A DNA stretch of 64,000 nt. Origin: Alphaproteobacteria bacterium (GTDB lineage: Bacteria; Pseudomonadota; Alphaproteobacteria; UBA828). The position numbers and the translations under genes are program-made. Shown here piece by piece: positions 17,393 through 28,498 of this stretch (positions within the stretch are counted from its first letter, which is position 1; the number at the start of each line of letters is the position of its first letter). Under the pieces are notes generated by a model. It was not told where the DNA came from. It saw only the letters and a program-made list of their open reading frames with translations, and did not search any database. Location of the stretch: assembly GCA_965214705.1 (NCBI GenBank), contig CBDCCI010000002.1, positions 480,001 to 544,000 of the forward strand, in the 5' to 3' direction.

Positions 17393-19387
17393 GCGCAGGG
17401 CTGGTGTAGCGCAGCGCGAAGCTGGGCGGCCCTGTACGATTGCCTCCCCGGCGAACTCGAAGAAACGATGGACGGACGCGATCTCGCCGCTCACGCCGAG
17501 GAGGCGGGATCGACGGACGCGTTGCAAGCCCAGATCGAAGAGGCTGACGCGACGAGTTGGCTGGACGAGCTGCACGGCTTCCTGTCGGCTCATGGCTTCG
17601 GCGACGCGCTGCGAGGTCTGAAGATCGTCCCGGACCAGAACGGCAGGTTCGGCTCGCTCCCACAACTGCATCGCGACCGAGACATCCCCGGTGAGTTGAA
17701 GGAGATCGCGCAACTCGTCGGTTGGGATCTTCGTGCACAGTTGCGTGATACGCATTTCTGTACGCTTGCCGACGAACCCGGAGCGGGAGACATCGACAGC
17801 GACTTGGTCATCCCCAAGCTGATCGAGCGCCTACGCGAACGTATGGAGAGGCCGCTCGACGACGATTCGAGGAGCGCCAATGTCCGGCTCTTCGGCTGGC
17901 TCGCGACGCACGATCAGTGGCGCCATCTCGAAGGATTCCCGGCGTTCTCGGACGAGGACGATTCAAGCTCCCCTATCAAGCTACGACAGCACGAGGACGA
18001 CGCCTCCGAGCGGCCCCTCGCGCCTGTGTGGACATGGCCGGAACCACTCCGGCAATATGCGGACCTGTTCCCCCAACGCCGCATACTGGCTGACGACTTC
18101 GCTGTTCGACTTGACGATCCCTCTGTGTGGTCCGCTCTCGACGGGCGCGGCTTCCTCCGCACGAGTGTCCTGTATACCCGAGCGGTACAGTTCGACGAGT
18201 TTCTTCTGGACGAACCCCTGTCCGAAGCCGACGAGGGAGAGGTCGAGCACAAGGTAGACGGCACAGTCGAGGTCACGAACGTCGCCTTCCTGTCAACGAG
18301 GGATATCGGGATCCTGTCCAGGGTCCGTCAGAGCCGGAACCAGGGACAACTCTTCTGGGATTTTCTCACTCGATGGCTTGCAGTCGAGGATACCCAAGGA
18401 CTAGAGGCCCGAGAGTCGATGTGTGTATGTGGAGAGGCTCACCGCTACTACCCGGCCGCGTGGCTTGTTCCCGTCGCACACAACAAATGGGTTCCGCTGG
18501 AACGCAAGCGCACCGACCGGGCAACCGCACACTCCCTCGCGAACCTCATCCGCGACAGCCAATGGCCATCGGATCTCCTGCAGACGAGTCCGCAGGTCGT
18601 CGCTCTCCTGAAGGCGCTCCGGGTCGGCGTTCCCGAGCTCATCATGGAGCTCGTCACGACGGATGACGACGAACGGGCTGCTCTGGGCGAGACGCTCGCA
18701 CAGCTTCTGACGTCGGTCGGCAACGACTGGGACCGTTTGCAGGTGCTCGCCGAGGACATACAGGAGGACGGGGGACTGTTCGACCACCTTGAAGAACGCC
18801 GGCAGCGCCGTCGCATGGTGCGCGAGAATCAGAGGTTAGGTGCCCTCGTCGAGGATCTGGTCAGGGAGAGCCTGGAGGGCGAAGGCTTCGAGGTCCGTCG
18901 TACTGGCGTCGGCTCGGACTTCGCCATACAGCCCCGCCCGAATGCGGAAGACGAACAAATCCAGCTCGAATTGATCCGACGCGGCCGGACTTGGCTCGTC
19001 GAGATCAAGTCCGCCCGCGACCACAGCGTGAGGATGACGTCTGTCCAGGCACGAACCTCCGTCAAACACGAGCCAGACTACCTGCTTTGCGTGGTGCCGA
19101 TCAGCTCTGGCCCAGAGGATCCGGACATCGAAGCCGTTCGCAGAAGTATGCGTTTCGTCGATGGAATTGGTGCGCGCCTTGCAGACATCTGCACCGCTCT
19201 GGACCGTTTCGAGAGCTTGCGCGACAGCGTCACCGTCGAAGACCCGGCGGGCCTCCGCCTGGAACTCGATTCGGGCTCGCCGCGTATCCGCATCGAGAAC
19301 ACGGTGTGGGAGGCCGGATTCGGACTTGAGAACCTGCTCTCCCGGCTGACCGCACCGGACGACGGTGGCGGCAGTGCCGCCCCGTAA
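17393..19387 (+). pseudogene. 5'-truncated large protein with C-terminal PD-(D/E)xK (DUF3883-like) nuclease domain
   Basis: Open frame begins at the truncated last repeat; GFEVRRTGVGSDF...WLVEIKS motif. Confidence 0.6.
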
Positions 19388-19394
19388 GCAAGCC

Positions 19395-19565
19395 ACCCCT
19401 TGCATGAGGGGGACCCGCGTTCCCGCTCATGACCTTGCCGAGATGCTGGCCAGCGGCGATAAGATTGAGGCGATCCACGACGCTTGGCCGATCCTCTCTG
19501 TGGAGCAAATCGAGGCAGCAGCCCTCTACGCGCGCGCTTATCCCAGGCGGGGCAGACCGCGAAGT
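19395..19565 (+). pseudogene. DUF433-type antitoxin C-terminal fragment
   Basis: PCMRGTRVPAHDLAEML...WPILSVEQIEAAALYA. Confidence 0.65.
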
Positions 19566-19627
19566 GCAGCGGCCGCGGCTGCTCTTCCAGAGGCGCCACC
19601 GCAAACGGCATGACGGGGTCCTGGAAG

Positions 19628-19966
19628 ATGAACGCATCCGAATGCTCCATCGAACGCGGCAGCGGCAACGTATTCGCCGATCTCGATCTTCCCGACGCCG
19701 ATACCCACCTTGTGAAGGCGGGGCTCGTGAGCTGTATTGATGACATCATCCGACAACGCGGCATCACCCACGCGGAGGCTGCACGCGTGCTCGGCTTGTC
19801 GCGGTCCGACCTGTCCGGTTTGCTTCGGGGCGACGTTCGCGAGTATTCGCTGGAGCGCCTGTTGCGCTTCCTGACTGCCCTCGGCCGCGATATCGACATC
19901 GTCATCCGACCGTCGGGTTCGGACTCCGAAGGAACGCTGCGCATCGCCGCGAACGAACAGGGTTGA
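19628..19966 (+). CDS. XRE-family HTH protein (HigA-like antitoxin)
   Basis: GSGNVFADL..., ITHAEAARVLGL, YSLERLLRFLTALG. Confidence 0.85.
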   Translation: MNASECSIERGSGNVFADLDLPDADTHLVKAGLVSCIDDIIRQRGITHAEAARVLGLSRSDLSGLLRGDVREYSLERLLRFLTALGRDIDIVIRPSGSDSEGTLRIAANEQG

Positions 19967-20239
19967 TGCCGCTGTCGTGTCGCCGAAAGCCACATGACGA
20001 AGAAGGGCGAGAACGAGATGCGCGGTGCGTTCGTGAACGGCGCGCTCGTGGTTGACGAGGGCTCGCCCGGCACCGCCGTCTAGGCCCGCGACCCGCTCCG
20101 GATCGCCGATCCGCTTCGCATTCCATGCGTGGTGCCGGTCGGCGACGAGAAGCAGCTCGATTGCGGCCGTGACCCCGGCATCGTGTGACTCTAGCGGTGA
20201 GGCAGGCGAGCTTTCCCGCAGAACCGGGAAGCAGGCTTG

Positions 20240-20640
20240 ACATCCTCGGCGCCACCTGGCAGCGCTGCCGCGTGCACTTCATGCGCAACCTGCTGGCCCA
20301 TGCCGGCAAGCAGGGCCGGCGCGTCGTCTCAGCCTTCGTCGCCTCCGCCTTCGCCCAGGACGACGCCGAGGCCGCTGCCGGCCAGTGGCGCCTGGTTGCC
20401 GACCAACTCAAGCCCAAGGCACCCAAGCTGGCGGCCCTCATGGACGAGGCCCAGCACGACGTCCTCGCCTACATGAGCTTCCCCAAGGAGCACCGCGCCA
20501 AGCTCCACTCGACCAACCCGCTCGAACGCGTCAACGGCGAGATCAAGCGACGCACCAACGTCGTCGGCATCTTCCCCAACGAGGACGCCATCACCCGCCT
20601 CGTCGGCGCCGTTCTGCTCGAGCAGAACGACTGTTGGTGA
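20240..20640 (+). pseudogene. IS256-family transposase C-terminal fragment
   Basis: WQRCRVHFMRN, STNPLERVNGEIKRRT, GIFPNEDA. Confidence 0.88.
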
Positions 20641-21283
20641 CGGCGCAAAAGCGCGCGTATTCGCTCTTATGGGGCTGTCTGGGTCAAGTCAGAAGGCTAG
20701 GGCTGGCTATCACATGCCTCGCCTCCTCCGAGTTGGCAGGATCGCTAGCCCGACTTCCGCAACTCGGCTGACTGCGTGGTAGCCGCCGGTTCTGCGTCGC
20801 CCATGCGACTTGCCATCGCTCAGCAGGTTGCGAGAATCTGCGCTGCCGGTTTGCACGGGGTCCGACTGCGGCCGCCGACGGACATGCGCCCCGAGCTCGA
20901 CGGAATGCGTGGGAGCCGGCCGAGACAGGGATTGCCGGGTTCCCACGCTCTCCTCGCGGAGACCCGTCCGGGCGACCCGAGGCTACATCCCGGTGTGGCG
21001 CTCCGGCAAGGCGCCGGCCACCCAGGCGGAAGACTCCTCTGGCCTTTGCTGCAGCTGCGTGCGCCTGCCGAACTCTCTCCACAGGGCATCGCTCCTTCGC
21101 GGCGCCTGGCCGTTCATCTCGTGCACCCGCTTCTGATGCAATTGCCTGGAACCGTCTTGGTCTGTGGGTGTTATTCTGTCGGCGGATGGCCGTTTCGCGG
21201 TCCGCGTCACGCGGACCGGGGAGGCGCGTGGCGGCCGGCATTGCTGACGTGCCCTTCGCATGTCGGCATGAGAGGAGCGCGCC

Positions 21284-22426
21284 ATGAGTTCCACCGACAA
21301 CAATGGAAACCAGTCCCCGCCGCCGGACGATGAGGATCGCAGTCTTCTGTTCGGCCCCACGAAGGCCGCAGCGGAGCGGGCTGGTGACAGGCAGAAGCCG
21401 CGCCGACCACATGCGGGTGCCGCGTCGCCACCACCCCCTAATTCCCCGCCCGCGGCGGAGGCGGCCACGGACCCTGCGGGCCGGGCCAGGCCGGGCCCGT
21501 CATCGGACGTTGCGCCGACCGAGGTCGCGTCGTCCGACGCGGTTCTGCGTCGGATGCTCGCCCTGTTGGAGGATATGGACAAGAAGGTCGCGGTCTTGTC
21601 GGCTGGCGAGACCGATCTTGCAGCGGCAGCCCGGACCATCGCCGGGCAAACGGAGCAGGTCGGCGCGGCGACCGAGTGGGTCAACGACATCAAGGCGGCG
21701 ATTTCGGAGATCCTGGCGTCGACCGGCAAGCAGATCGAAGGGCTGAAGAGCGGGAACAGGGATCTCGACGCGGCGCTGGCGCAGCTGAATGTGCTGAAGG
21801 AGGGGCTGGACAAGGTCGTGGCGTCGCTCGACGCCACGGCGAAGGGCCTCGGCAAGAGATCGTCGGAGTTGGGGGCGGTCAAGCAGGAACTCGCCGGGTA
21901 CTACCGGGAGTGGATCGCCGAGGCCAGGACCAGCCTGGGCGAGATGAGGGCGCTGTCGAAGCGTCTCGACGCGGGCGATCACATGGTGACCCGTCTGGAG
22001 ACGTCGATCGGCCCCTGGACCGAGCGCATGGAGGAGAGCATCGGGGCGAACAGCGCGGCGCAGCGCGATGCTGCGGCGAAGACCGCCGACAACGTGGACA
22101 AGCTCGCCATGACGGGCTTCAGGTTCCTGCAGGAATTCGGCACGGCCAGGGGGGACGCGCTGAAGGAGGCCCGGCAGGAGTGGACGCGCATTCGGCGCTG
22201 GACGCTTCCGGCTCTGGCAATCGCGCTGGTGATCGCCGCGCCGCTGTTCGTGTTTGCGGGCGCGCTTGGGCAGAGCGAGTTCGGCGTATTCGCCCCCTAC
22301 GACGACACCGGGGGCTGGAAGCAGGGGGTGTGGGAGCGTCACGGCCAAAAGGTCAAGGACTGCATGCTCAAGTCCTGGCGGGCGGGCGAAGTCGTCACAT
22401 GCAGCTTCGACATCCGGCACCCGTGA
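21284..22426 (+). CDS. Hypothetical coiled-coil protein with C-terminal membrane anchor
   Basis: Heptad-rich helical sequence, hydrophobic LAIALVIAAPLFVF; directly upstream of the relaxase. Confidence 0.65.
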   Translation: MSSTDNNGNQSPPPDDEDRSLLFGPTKAAAERAGDRQKPRRPHAGAASPPPPNSPPAAEAATDPAGRARPGPSSDVAPTEVASSDAVLRRMLALLEDMDKKVAVLSAGETDLAAAARTIAGQTEQVGAATEWVNDIKAAISEILASTGKQIEGLKSGNRDLDAALAQLNVLKEGLDKVVASLDATAKGLGKRSSELGAVKQELAGYYREWIAEARTSLGEMRALSKRLDAGDHMVTRLETSIGPWTERMEESIGANSAAQRDAAAKTADNVDKLAMTGFRFLQEFGTARGDALKEARQEWTRIRRWTLPALAIALVIAAPLFVFAGALGQSEFGVFAPYDDTGGWKQGVWERHGQKVKDCMLKSWRAGEVVTCSFDIRHP

Positions 22427-22472
22427 TCGGCGCGGCGAACGCGGCAGCTCTTGCCGCCAAGGGCCGAGAGGC

Positions 22473-25400
22473 ATGGTCGCGAGCCTGAGCGATCTCGGCT
22501 CGAGCGCGATGACGGTCGCGTATTTCGAGCGCGAGGGCTACTACGCGAAGAACGATCTCCGGCACCGGCGTGCGAGCTTCTGGCACGGCGGGGGGGCGGC
22601 GGCGCTGGGCATGCCCAGGAATATCTCGCCCAGGACCTTCGAGCGCGTTCTTGCCGGCTACGTGCCGGGAACGGAGATCCGGCTCGGCCGGGCGCGCGGC
22701 GGGGAGCACGAGCACCGGCCTGGGCTCGACCTCACGCTGTCCGCGCCGAAGTCGGTGTCTCTGGAGGCGCTGCTCTACGGCAACCGGCAAGTGCTGAGCG
22801 CCCACGACGCGGCGGTCAGGTCGACGCTGGCCTGGGTCGAGGCCGAGCTTCTGCAGACGCGCGGCTATGACCCGGCGACAGGGCGGCGCCCGCGGGAGGC
22901 GGCGGACGGCCTGGTGGCGGCGGGGTTCCGGCACCTGACGAGCCGGGACCAGGACCCGCAGCTGCACACGCACTGCGTCATCGCCAACATGACGCGCAAC
23001 CGGGCCGGGGAGTGGCGGAGCGTGGAGCCCACGGAGATCCGCCGCAACGTGAAGCTGATCGGCGCCTGTTACCGCCACGAGCTGGCGCGGCGGCTGATCG
23101 ATCTGGGCTACCGCACGGAGACGACGATGATCGGCGGGGTCCCGGGCTTCGAGATCGCGGGCTACCCGCGCGCGCTGCTGGACACGTTCTCGTCGCGGCG
23201 CCGCGAGATCCTTGCCTGGCTGGACGAGCACGGTCTGCCCTACAGCGCGGCGCTGACGCAGCAGGCGGCGCTGATCACGCGCAAGCACAAGGTCGACAAG
23301 GATATCGACGCGCTGAAGACGGAGTGGAAGGGGCGGGCCGAGGGGATATCTCATGACCGCAGCCTCTCCCGGCAGGATCGCGCGCAGGACAGGCGCCAGT
23401 CGCGAGAGACCCACAAGGGCCGGCCCTATGTAAGGACGGAACAGGAGCTGCGGCCCGACCACCAGGGTCTCAGCCCCCGCGAGATCGTCTGGCGGGCGGT
23501 GGAGCATCTTGCTGAGCGCGCGTCGGTGCTGCGGGAGAGCGATATCCGGGCGATCGCGCTGAGCCATGCGCCTGGCCGGCACGAGCTCGGCGAGATCGAC
23601 GCGGCGGTGACGGGGCTGCTGGCTGACGGCCACCTGGTGGAGGCCAGGGTGCGGAGCGGCCGCTCCTTCGTGACGGGCGAGGCGCTGCGGTCCGAGCGCG
23701 AGATCGTGGTCCGCATGCGCGATGGCGTAGGTGCTGGGGACGCGCTGGCGGAGGAAGCGCGCGTATCGCATCGAATGGAACAGACCACCCTCACCGAGGG
23801 TCAGAGGGAGGCGGTGCGCACGATCCTGCTGTCGCGCGACCGGATCGTCGCGGTGCAGGGCGCGGCGGGGACGGGCAAGACGACGATGCTGCGCGAGGCG
23901 CTGGACCTTATCGGCGAGCGCAAGGCGATCCTGCTCGCGCCGTCGTCCGCCGCGGCGCGGGTGCTGGCGGACGAGACCGGCGCCAGGGCGCGCACGCTGC
24001 AATGGTTCCTGACGCGCTACGGCGACATCGGCAATGCGCAGAAGATGGCCAGTGCAAGGCGCGAGCACGAGGGCTCGGTGCTGGTGCTGGACGAGTCGTC
24101 GATGACGTCGACGGCGCAGATGCAGCTCCTGATGCGGATCTCGGAGCGGCTGCGCGTCGCCCGGCTGGTGCTGGTGGGCGACCGCGGCCAGCTGCGCGCG
24201 GCCGGTGCGGGCGAGCCCTTCCGCGCCCTGCAGGATGCGGGCATCGCGATGGCGGAGATGGACGAGATCCTGCGCCAGCGCGATCCGGGCCTCAAACGCG
24301 CCGTGGAGGCCCTGCAGCAGGGCCGGGCGGCGGAGGCGGCGCGGGAACTCGAAGTGCGCGAGGTGGCGCACGAGGAGCTGGGGGCGGAGGCGGCCCGGCT
24401 CTGGCTCGCGCTCGACGGGGAGCAGCGCGAAGGAACGGCGATCCTCGCGCCCACCCACTTCCTCCGCGCCGAGATCCACCGCGTGGTGCGCGAGGGGCTC
24501 GCCCGGGAGGGAGTCCTGCACGGCCGCGAGATCGAGATCGAGCGCTACGTGAACCGTCACCTGACGGCGGCCCAGAGGGCGGACGTGCGCAACCACGAGC
24601 CGGGCGACGTGGTGATCTTCCACTCGCGGGTGCCGCCGCTCAGGGTGGACGAGGGGGACGCCTGCCGGATCGCCCGCGCCGAAGGCGGGCTGGTCTTCCT
24701 CGAGCACCCCTCGGGGCGCACGGTCCACATCCGGCCGGACGACCACTGGGTGCGCTACCGTTTCGGGATCTACGAGACGGCGCGCATCCGCATCCGTGCG
24801 GGCGACCGGGTCCGCTGGACCAGGAACGACAGGCGGCACGGCCTCTTGAACGGCGGGGAGGCGGTGGTGGTGGGGATCGACTCCCGCCGGGTGAAGTTCG
24901 ACCTCGGCGGCGGAACGCGGCTGTCGCTTTCCCGCGACGACCCGCAGCTTCGCCATATCGACCACGCCTGGAGCACGACGGTGCACGGGGCGCAGGGCAT
25001 GACGCGGGATGCGGCGATCGGGGTGCTGGATACCGGGCACGGCCGTCTGACCGGCCAGGCGGGGCTCTACGTGGAGGCGAGCCGGGCGCGGGACCGCTTC
25101 GTGCTGGTGACCGACAACCGGGAGAGCCTGGAGGAGGCGCTGGAGGAGAACGCGGGTATCCGCATGACGGCGCTGGAGGCAGTGGGGGACGACGATGCGC
25201 CCCCCGGCCCGGCTGATGCAACCATCGGGATGCTGCGCGAGCTGAGGGACGACTGGCGTGCCCTCGTGGCGCGGGCCGGGGCCGAGCGTACCGCGCTCGA
25301 CCGGATTGACGGCTACGCCCGGATCGTGACCGGCGTACATGCCCTTGCGGCCGGCCCGGATCTGCCGCCGGAGATGCAGGGCTTCGTCGACGAGGTGCGT

Positions 25401-27632
25401 GAGCGGGACGCCGGGATCGTGGAACGGCGGCGCGACGCGCTGGCCTTCGTGCACGAGGCGGAGATGCACTGCCGCCGGCAGCCTCTCCTCAAGTGGGCGG
25501 CGGAGGAGCGCGGCGTGGCGGTATCCGCGCTGCCGGAGCATGCGGCGTGGCGGGCCGAGGGCGCGGCGCTGGAGGAGACCGGTAGGCGGATGCAGGAGAC
25601 CCCGGGCTTCTTCGGGCGGATCGCGGCCGCTCTGGGGCGGATCGCGCAGGGCTTCCGGCTCGACGAGGGAGAACGGTTTTGCGAAGCGGCCGCCCGCCAT
25701 GAGGCGGAGGCGCAGAGACTGGGGATCGACCCCGGCGGGATGGCGGGGGCGGCGGGGCTCGTGCAACGGGCGGAGGCGCTGGGGCGCCACGAGCTCCCCG
25801 AAGCCGTGCGCCGGACGGTCGCGGCGTGGGTCCCGATCGCCGAGCCGTCTTCTCGGGAAACGGTGCAACGACTCACTCCGGACGACCTTGAGGCCGGGCG
25901 CCGCATCGAGGCGTTCCTGCGCGACTGCCGGCAGTGCCTGGAGGCAGCCGTGCCTGCGGCGCAGGATCTGGACCCGCGGATCGACGCGGCTGAACAACTT
26001 CGCCGCGAGGGACTTCGGCTGCTCGGCGAGGGCGAGGGAGCGAAGCTCGACGATCCGGCGCGTGCACGCCTGTCCCGCGCAGCCGACGAACGCGAACAAG
26101 TGCGCGAGGCCGTACACGCGCTGGCGGCTGAGGTGCAGGCGCTCCGTTCGCGGGCGTTCATGGAACTCAGTGGGAACGTCACCCGGCAGGGCCTCGAGGC
26201 GCACTGCGATCCGGTCGACTTGCCGGCATGGGCGGACTTGCGGGATCGCGCCGAGGCGCTCCGGGGCCAGGCGGGCCTCGCGCCGGACGCGCGGGAGGCG
26301 GTCGATGCGGTGCTCGCCCGTGCCGCCCGCGTGGAGGCCGAGATCGCCCCCGTCAAGGCTCTCATCGAAGACGGCGCCCGGCACCTGGATCGGCGCGCGG
26401 CGCTGGACGAAGGGCGCGGCATCGTCGAGCCTCCATCCCCGGATGCGGTCCCGGTCTGGCGGGAACGCTCGCGGGAGCTTCGCGAGACCGCCCTTCATCT
26501 TCTGGGAGAGTCGCCGGCCGACACCCGGGAGATGCTGGCCGCAGCCAGGCTTGCCGACATGCCGCGGCTTCAGGGCGGCGTCCGGGAGGTGCTGAACCGG
26601 TTGGAGACCCTGGAGCTGCGCGACGAGGTCGCGGAGTTCCAAAAGCTTGCGGCTACGGTCGAGCGGCGAGCCAGGCGGCAGGAAACGCTGCCACTGCACG
26701 CCGAGGGCTACGGCCAGGTGACCGCGATGGCGCAATCCCTCTCCAGCAACGCGGTCTTGCCGGAAGCAGAACGCCATCAGGCGGCGGCGTGGCTCGACCG
26801 CGATCAGGGCTGGAACGAGGAGCTCGCCTCGGCGCGGAAGCTCACCGCGACGCAAGAGCAGGATGTCGACACGACGGGCCTTGCCGAGGCCCTCCGCGAG
26901 GCCGCGCACCTGCCCGCCGTGAGGTCGGCCATCAGGCAGGAAACGGCCCTGCTCGCCCGCTCGCCGATGCCGGAGCAATGGACGGCGTGGACCGGCGACG
27001 AGCCCTTGGTCGCAGGCGACCGCATCGCCTGGCGCGCTGGCGGCACGGTGCACCGGGCGGCGGTGTCGTTCCCGGGGGAGACCGGCGGCATGCGCGCGAA
27101 CGACACGCTGTTGGTGAGAATCGTGCAGCCGGCGGACGGGCCCGCTCTTGACGACGCAGGCCGGATCGTAGAGATCCATGCTCAGGCCCTTCGGGACGTC
27201 AGATGCGTCCGCGCCGAATGGTCCGACGAGGGGCTCAGGCAGCTGGAAACCGCCCTGCAGTACTCCGTGCCCAGCGCCGCCTGCCCGCTCGCCTGTCCTG
27301 AGCCCGTCGCGGGCGACCGCATCGCCTGGACCGAGGCCGCCGGCCGGAGCGAAGAGGTGCGCACGGTCGAGGCCGTGGTCGCCACACGGACCGAAGTCTC
27401 CGACGAGCACGAGTTGGGGCTGCGGGTGATCCACGCCTCAGGTCCCGACGCGCCGGAGCCCGGCGCCTCGATCCGGCGCACCGCAGACGAGGTCACCGCG
27501 CGCGGCTGCTACCGCGCCGCGTGGTCCGACGAGACCCGGCGCGAGGCCGAACTCGACCCGCAGAAGGAGGTGCGGGAGCAGACCCTGAAACAGGGCCTCG
27601 AGCACTCCCGCGGCGGGGGGATCGGCATGTGA
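22473..27632 (+). CDS. MobF (TrwC/TraI-like) relaxase-helicase with long C-terminal extension
   Basis: YFEREGYY, DLTLSAPKSVS, HLTSRDQDPQLHTH, QGAAGTGKTT, TTVHGAQGMT. Confidence 0.93.
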   Translation: MVASLSDLGSSAMTVAYFEREGYYAKNDLRHRRASFWHGGGAAALGMPRNISPRTFERVLAGYVPGTEIRLGRARGGEHEHRPGLDLTLSAPKSVSLEALLYGNRQVLSAHDAAVRSTLAWVEAELLQTRGYDPATGRRPREAADGLVAAGFRHLTSRDQDPQLHTHCVIANMTRNRAGEWRSVEPTEIRRNVKLIGACYRHELARRLIDLGYRTETTMIGGVPGFEIAGYPRALLDTFSSRRREILAWLDEHGLPYSAALTQQAALITRKHKVDKDIDALKTEWKGRAEGISHDRSLSRQDRAQDRRQSRETHKGRPYVRTEQELRPDHQGLSPREIVWRAVEHLAERASVLRESDIRAIALSHAPGRHELGEIDAAVTGLLADGHLVEARVRSGRSFVTGEALRSEREIVVRMRDGVGAGDALAEEARVSHRMEQTTLTEGQREAVRTILLSRDRIVAVQGAAGTGKTTMLREALDLIGERKAILLAPSSAAARVLADETGARARTLQWFLTRYGDIGNAQKMASARREHEGSVLVLDESSMTSTAQMQLLMRISERLRVARLVLVGDRGQLRAAGAGEPFRALQDAGIAMAEMDEILRQRDPGLKRAVEALQQGRAAEAARELEVREVAHEELGAEAARLWLALDGEQREGTAILAPTHFLRAEIHRVVREGLAREGVLHGREIEIERYVNRHLTAAQRADVRNHEPGDVVIFHSRVPPLRVDEGDACRIARAEGGLVFLEHPSGRTVHIRPDDHWVRYRFGIYETARIRIRAGDRVRWTRNDRRHGLLNGGEAVVVGIDSRRVKFDLGGGTRLSLSRDDPQLRHIDHAWSTTVHGAQGMTRDAAIGVLDTGHGRLTGQAGLYVEASRARDRFVLVTDNRESLEEALEENAGIRMTALEAVGDDDAPPGPADATIGMLRELRDDWRALVARAGAERTALDRIDGYARIVTGVHALAAGPDLPPEMQGFVDEVRERDAGIVERRRDALAFVHEAEMHCRRQPLLKWAAEERGVAVSALPEHAAWRAEGAALEETGRRMQETPGFFGRIAAALGRIAQGFRLDEGERFCEAAARHEAEAQRLGIDPGGMAGAAGLVQRAEALGRHELPEAVRRTVAAWVPIAEPSSRETVQRLTPDDLEAGRRIEAFLRDCRQCLEAAVPAAQDLDPRIDAAEQLRREGLRLLGEGEGAKLDDPARARLSRAADEREQVREAVHALAAEVQALRSRAFMELSGNVTRQGLEAHCDPVDLPAWADLRDRAEALRGQAGLAPDAREAVDAVLARAARVEAEIAPVKALIEDGARHLDRRAALDEGRGIVEPPSPDAVPVWRERSRELRETALHLLGESPADTREMLAAARLADMPRLQGGVREVLNRLETLELRDEVAEFQKLAATVERRARRQETLPLHAEGYGQVTAMAQSLSSNAVLPEAERHQAAAWLDRDQGWNEELASARKLTATQEQDVDTTGLAEALREAAHLPAVRSAIRQETALLARSPMPEQWTAWTGDEPLVAGDRIAWRAGGTVHRAAVSFPGETGGMRANDTLLVRIVQPADGPALDDAGRIVEIHAQALRDVRCVRAEWSDEGLRQLETALQYSVPSAACPLACPEPVAGDRIAWTEAAGRSEEVRTVEAVVATRTEVSDEHELGLRVIHASGPDAPEPGASIRRTADEVTARGCYRAAWSDETRREAELDPQKEVREQTLKQGLEHSRGGGIGM

Positions 27633-27731
27633 GCCAGCCAGGCCTGCACCGCTGCCTCCAGAGAGAGCATGTTCGGATATCCCGTTCAAGCTGCTTGCCG
27701 GGGACGCGTCCGAGGACGATCGCAGCGTCGC

Positions 27732-28178
27732 TCAACCGAGCGGCGGCGGCTTGCGCGCCATCCAGTCCCGGAACTGCCGCTCGACCACCGGCCCGGCGTC
27801 CGGGCCGAACACCGCCACGAGCAGCGGCCCGAGCTCGTGCTCCCGGCTCTGCAGTACGAGGTCGTCCAACGTCGTCATGAGCAGCAGCTCGACCGACTGC
27901 CGCAGCCGTTCGATCGACCCTCCGGAGGCCGCCGACAGCATGCTCTCGGCCAGGCGGTCCACACGGTCGAGCAGCCGGCGCTGTTCCGCCTCGCTCAGCG
28001 CCAGAGCCGGCGCGTTCGCCTGCGCGGGGTCTAGCTGCACGTTCAGCCCCGCCGAGATCACGTGGTCGTTGATGGACACGTCCCGGCTCTCCGCGACCTC
28101 GCGGATCCGTTCCCACTCCGATTCCAGGCACGAGATCGCAATCCGCGCTCGGGGCGTCGCGGGCCGCTCCGCTATCAC
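27732..28178 (-). CDS. RHH/MobC-like protein 3
   Basis: RIAISCLESEWERIREVAESRDVSINDHVI; GTG start overlaps the upstream stop. Confidence 0.65.
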   Translation of the reverse strand: MIAERPATPRARIAISCLESEWERIREVAESRDVSINDHVISAGLNVQLDPAQANAPALALSEAEQRRLLDRVDRLAESMLSAASGGSIERLRQSVELLLMTTLDDLVLQSREHELGPLLVAVFGPDAGPVVERQFRDWMARKPPPLG

Positions 28179-28495
28179 GGGCCGCTCCGGCGCGACTGGA
28201 TCGCGCGCTGTATGAAGGCGATCGCGCCGAACACGGAAAGGTCGGTGCCCGACAGCGACTCCCCCAGCGCGCGGCGCACCCGGTCCATCTCCTCCACCCG
28301 CTCGTACAGGGTCCGCTGCTGTTCTTCCGACAATACCAGCCGCTGCTCGTCCTGGCGCGGCCCGCCCGCGTCCTCGTGCAGCGCGCAGGCGACCAGGTAT
28401 CCCGAGACCGGCATGCCGAGCGCGGTCGCGCGTTCCCTGATCTCGGCCCTCTCGGCCCGGCTGCAGCGCAGCGTGCGGCGCACCACGTTCCCCAT
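28175..28495 (-). CDS. RHH/MobC-like protein 2
   Basis: TLRCSRAERAEIRERATALGMPVSGYLVACAL. Confidence 0.72.
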   Translation of the reverse strand: MGNVVRRTLRCSRAERAEIRERATALGMPVSGYLVACALHEDAGGPRQDEQRLVLSEEQQRTLYERVEEMDRVRRALGESLSGTDLSVFGAIAFIQRAIQSRRSGP

Positions 28496-28498
28496 CGC

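Noticed and set aside
22395-27434. 1679-aa antisense ORF and similar long shadow ORFs (30369-32927, 30509-32905)
   Set aside because: Opposite-strand or alternate-frame shadows of real genes in high-GC DNA
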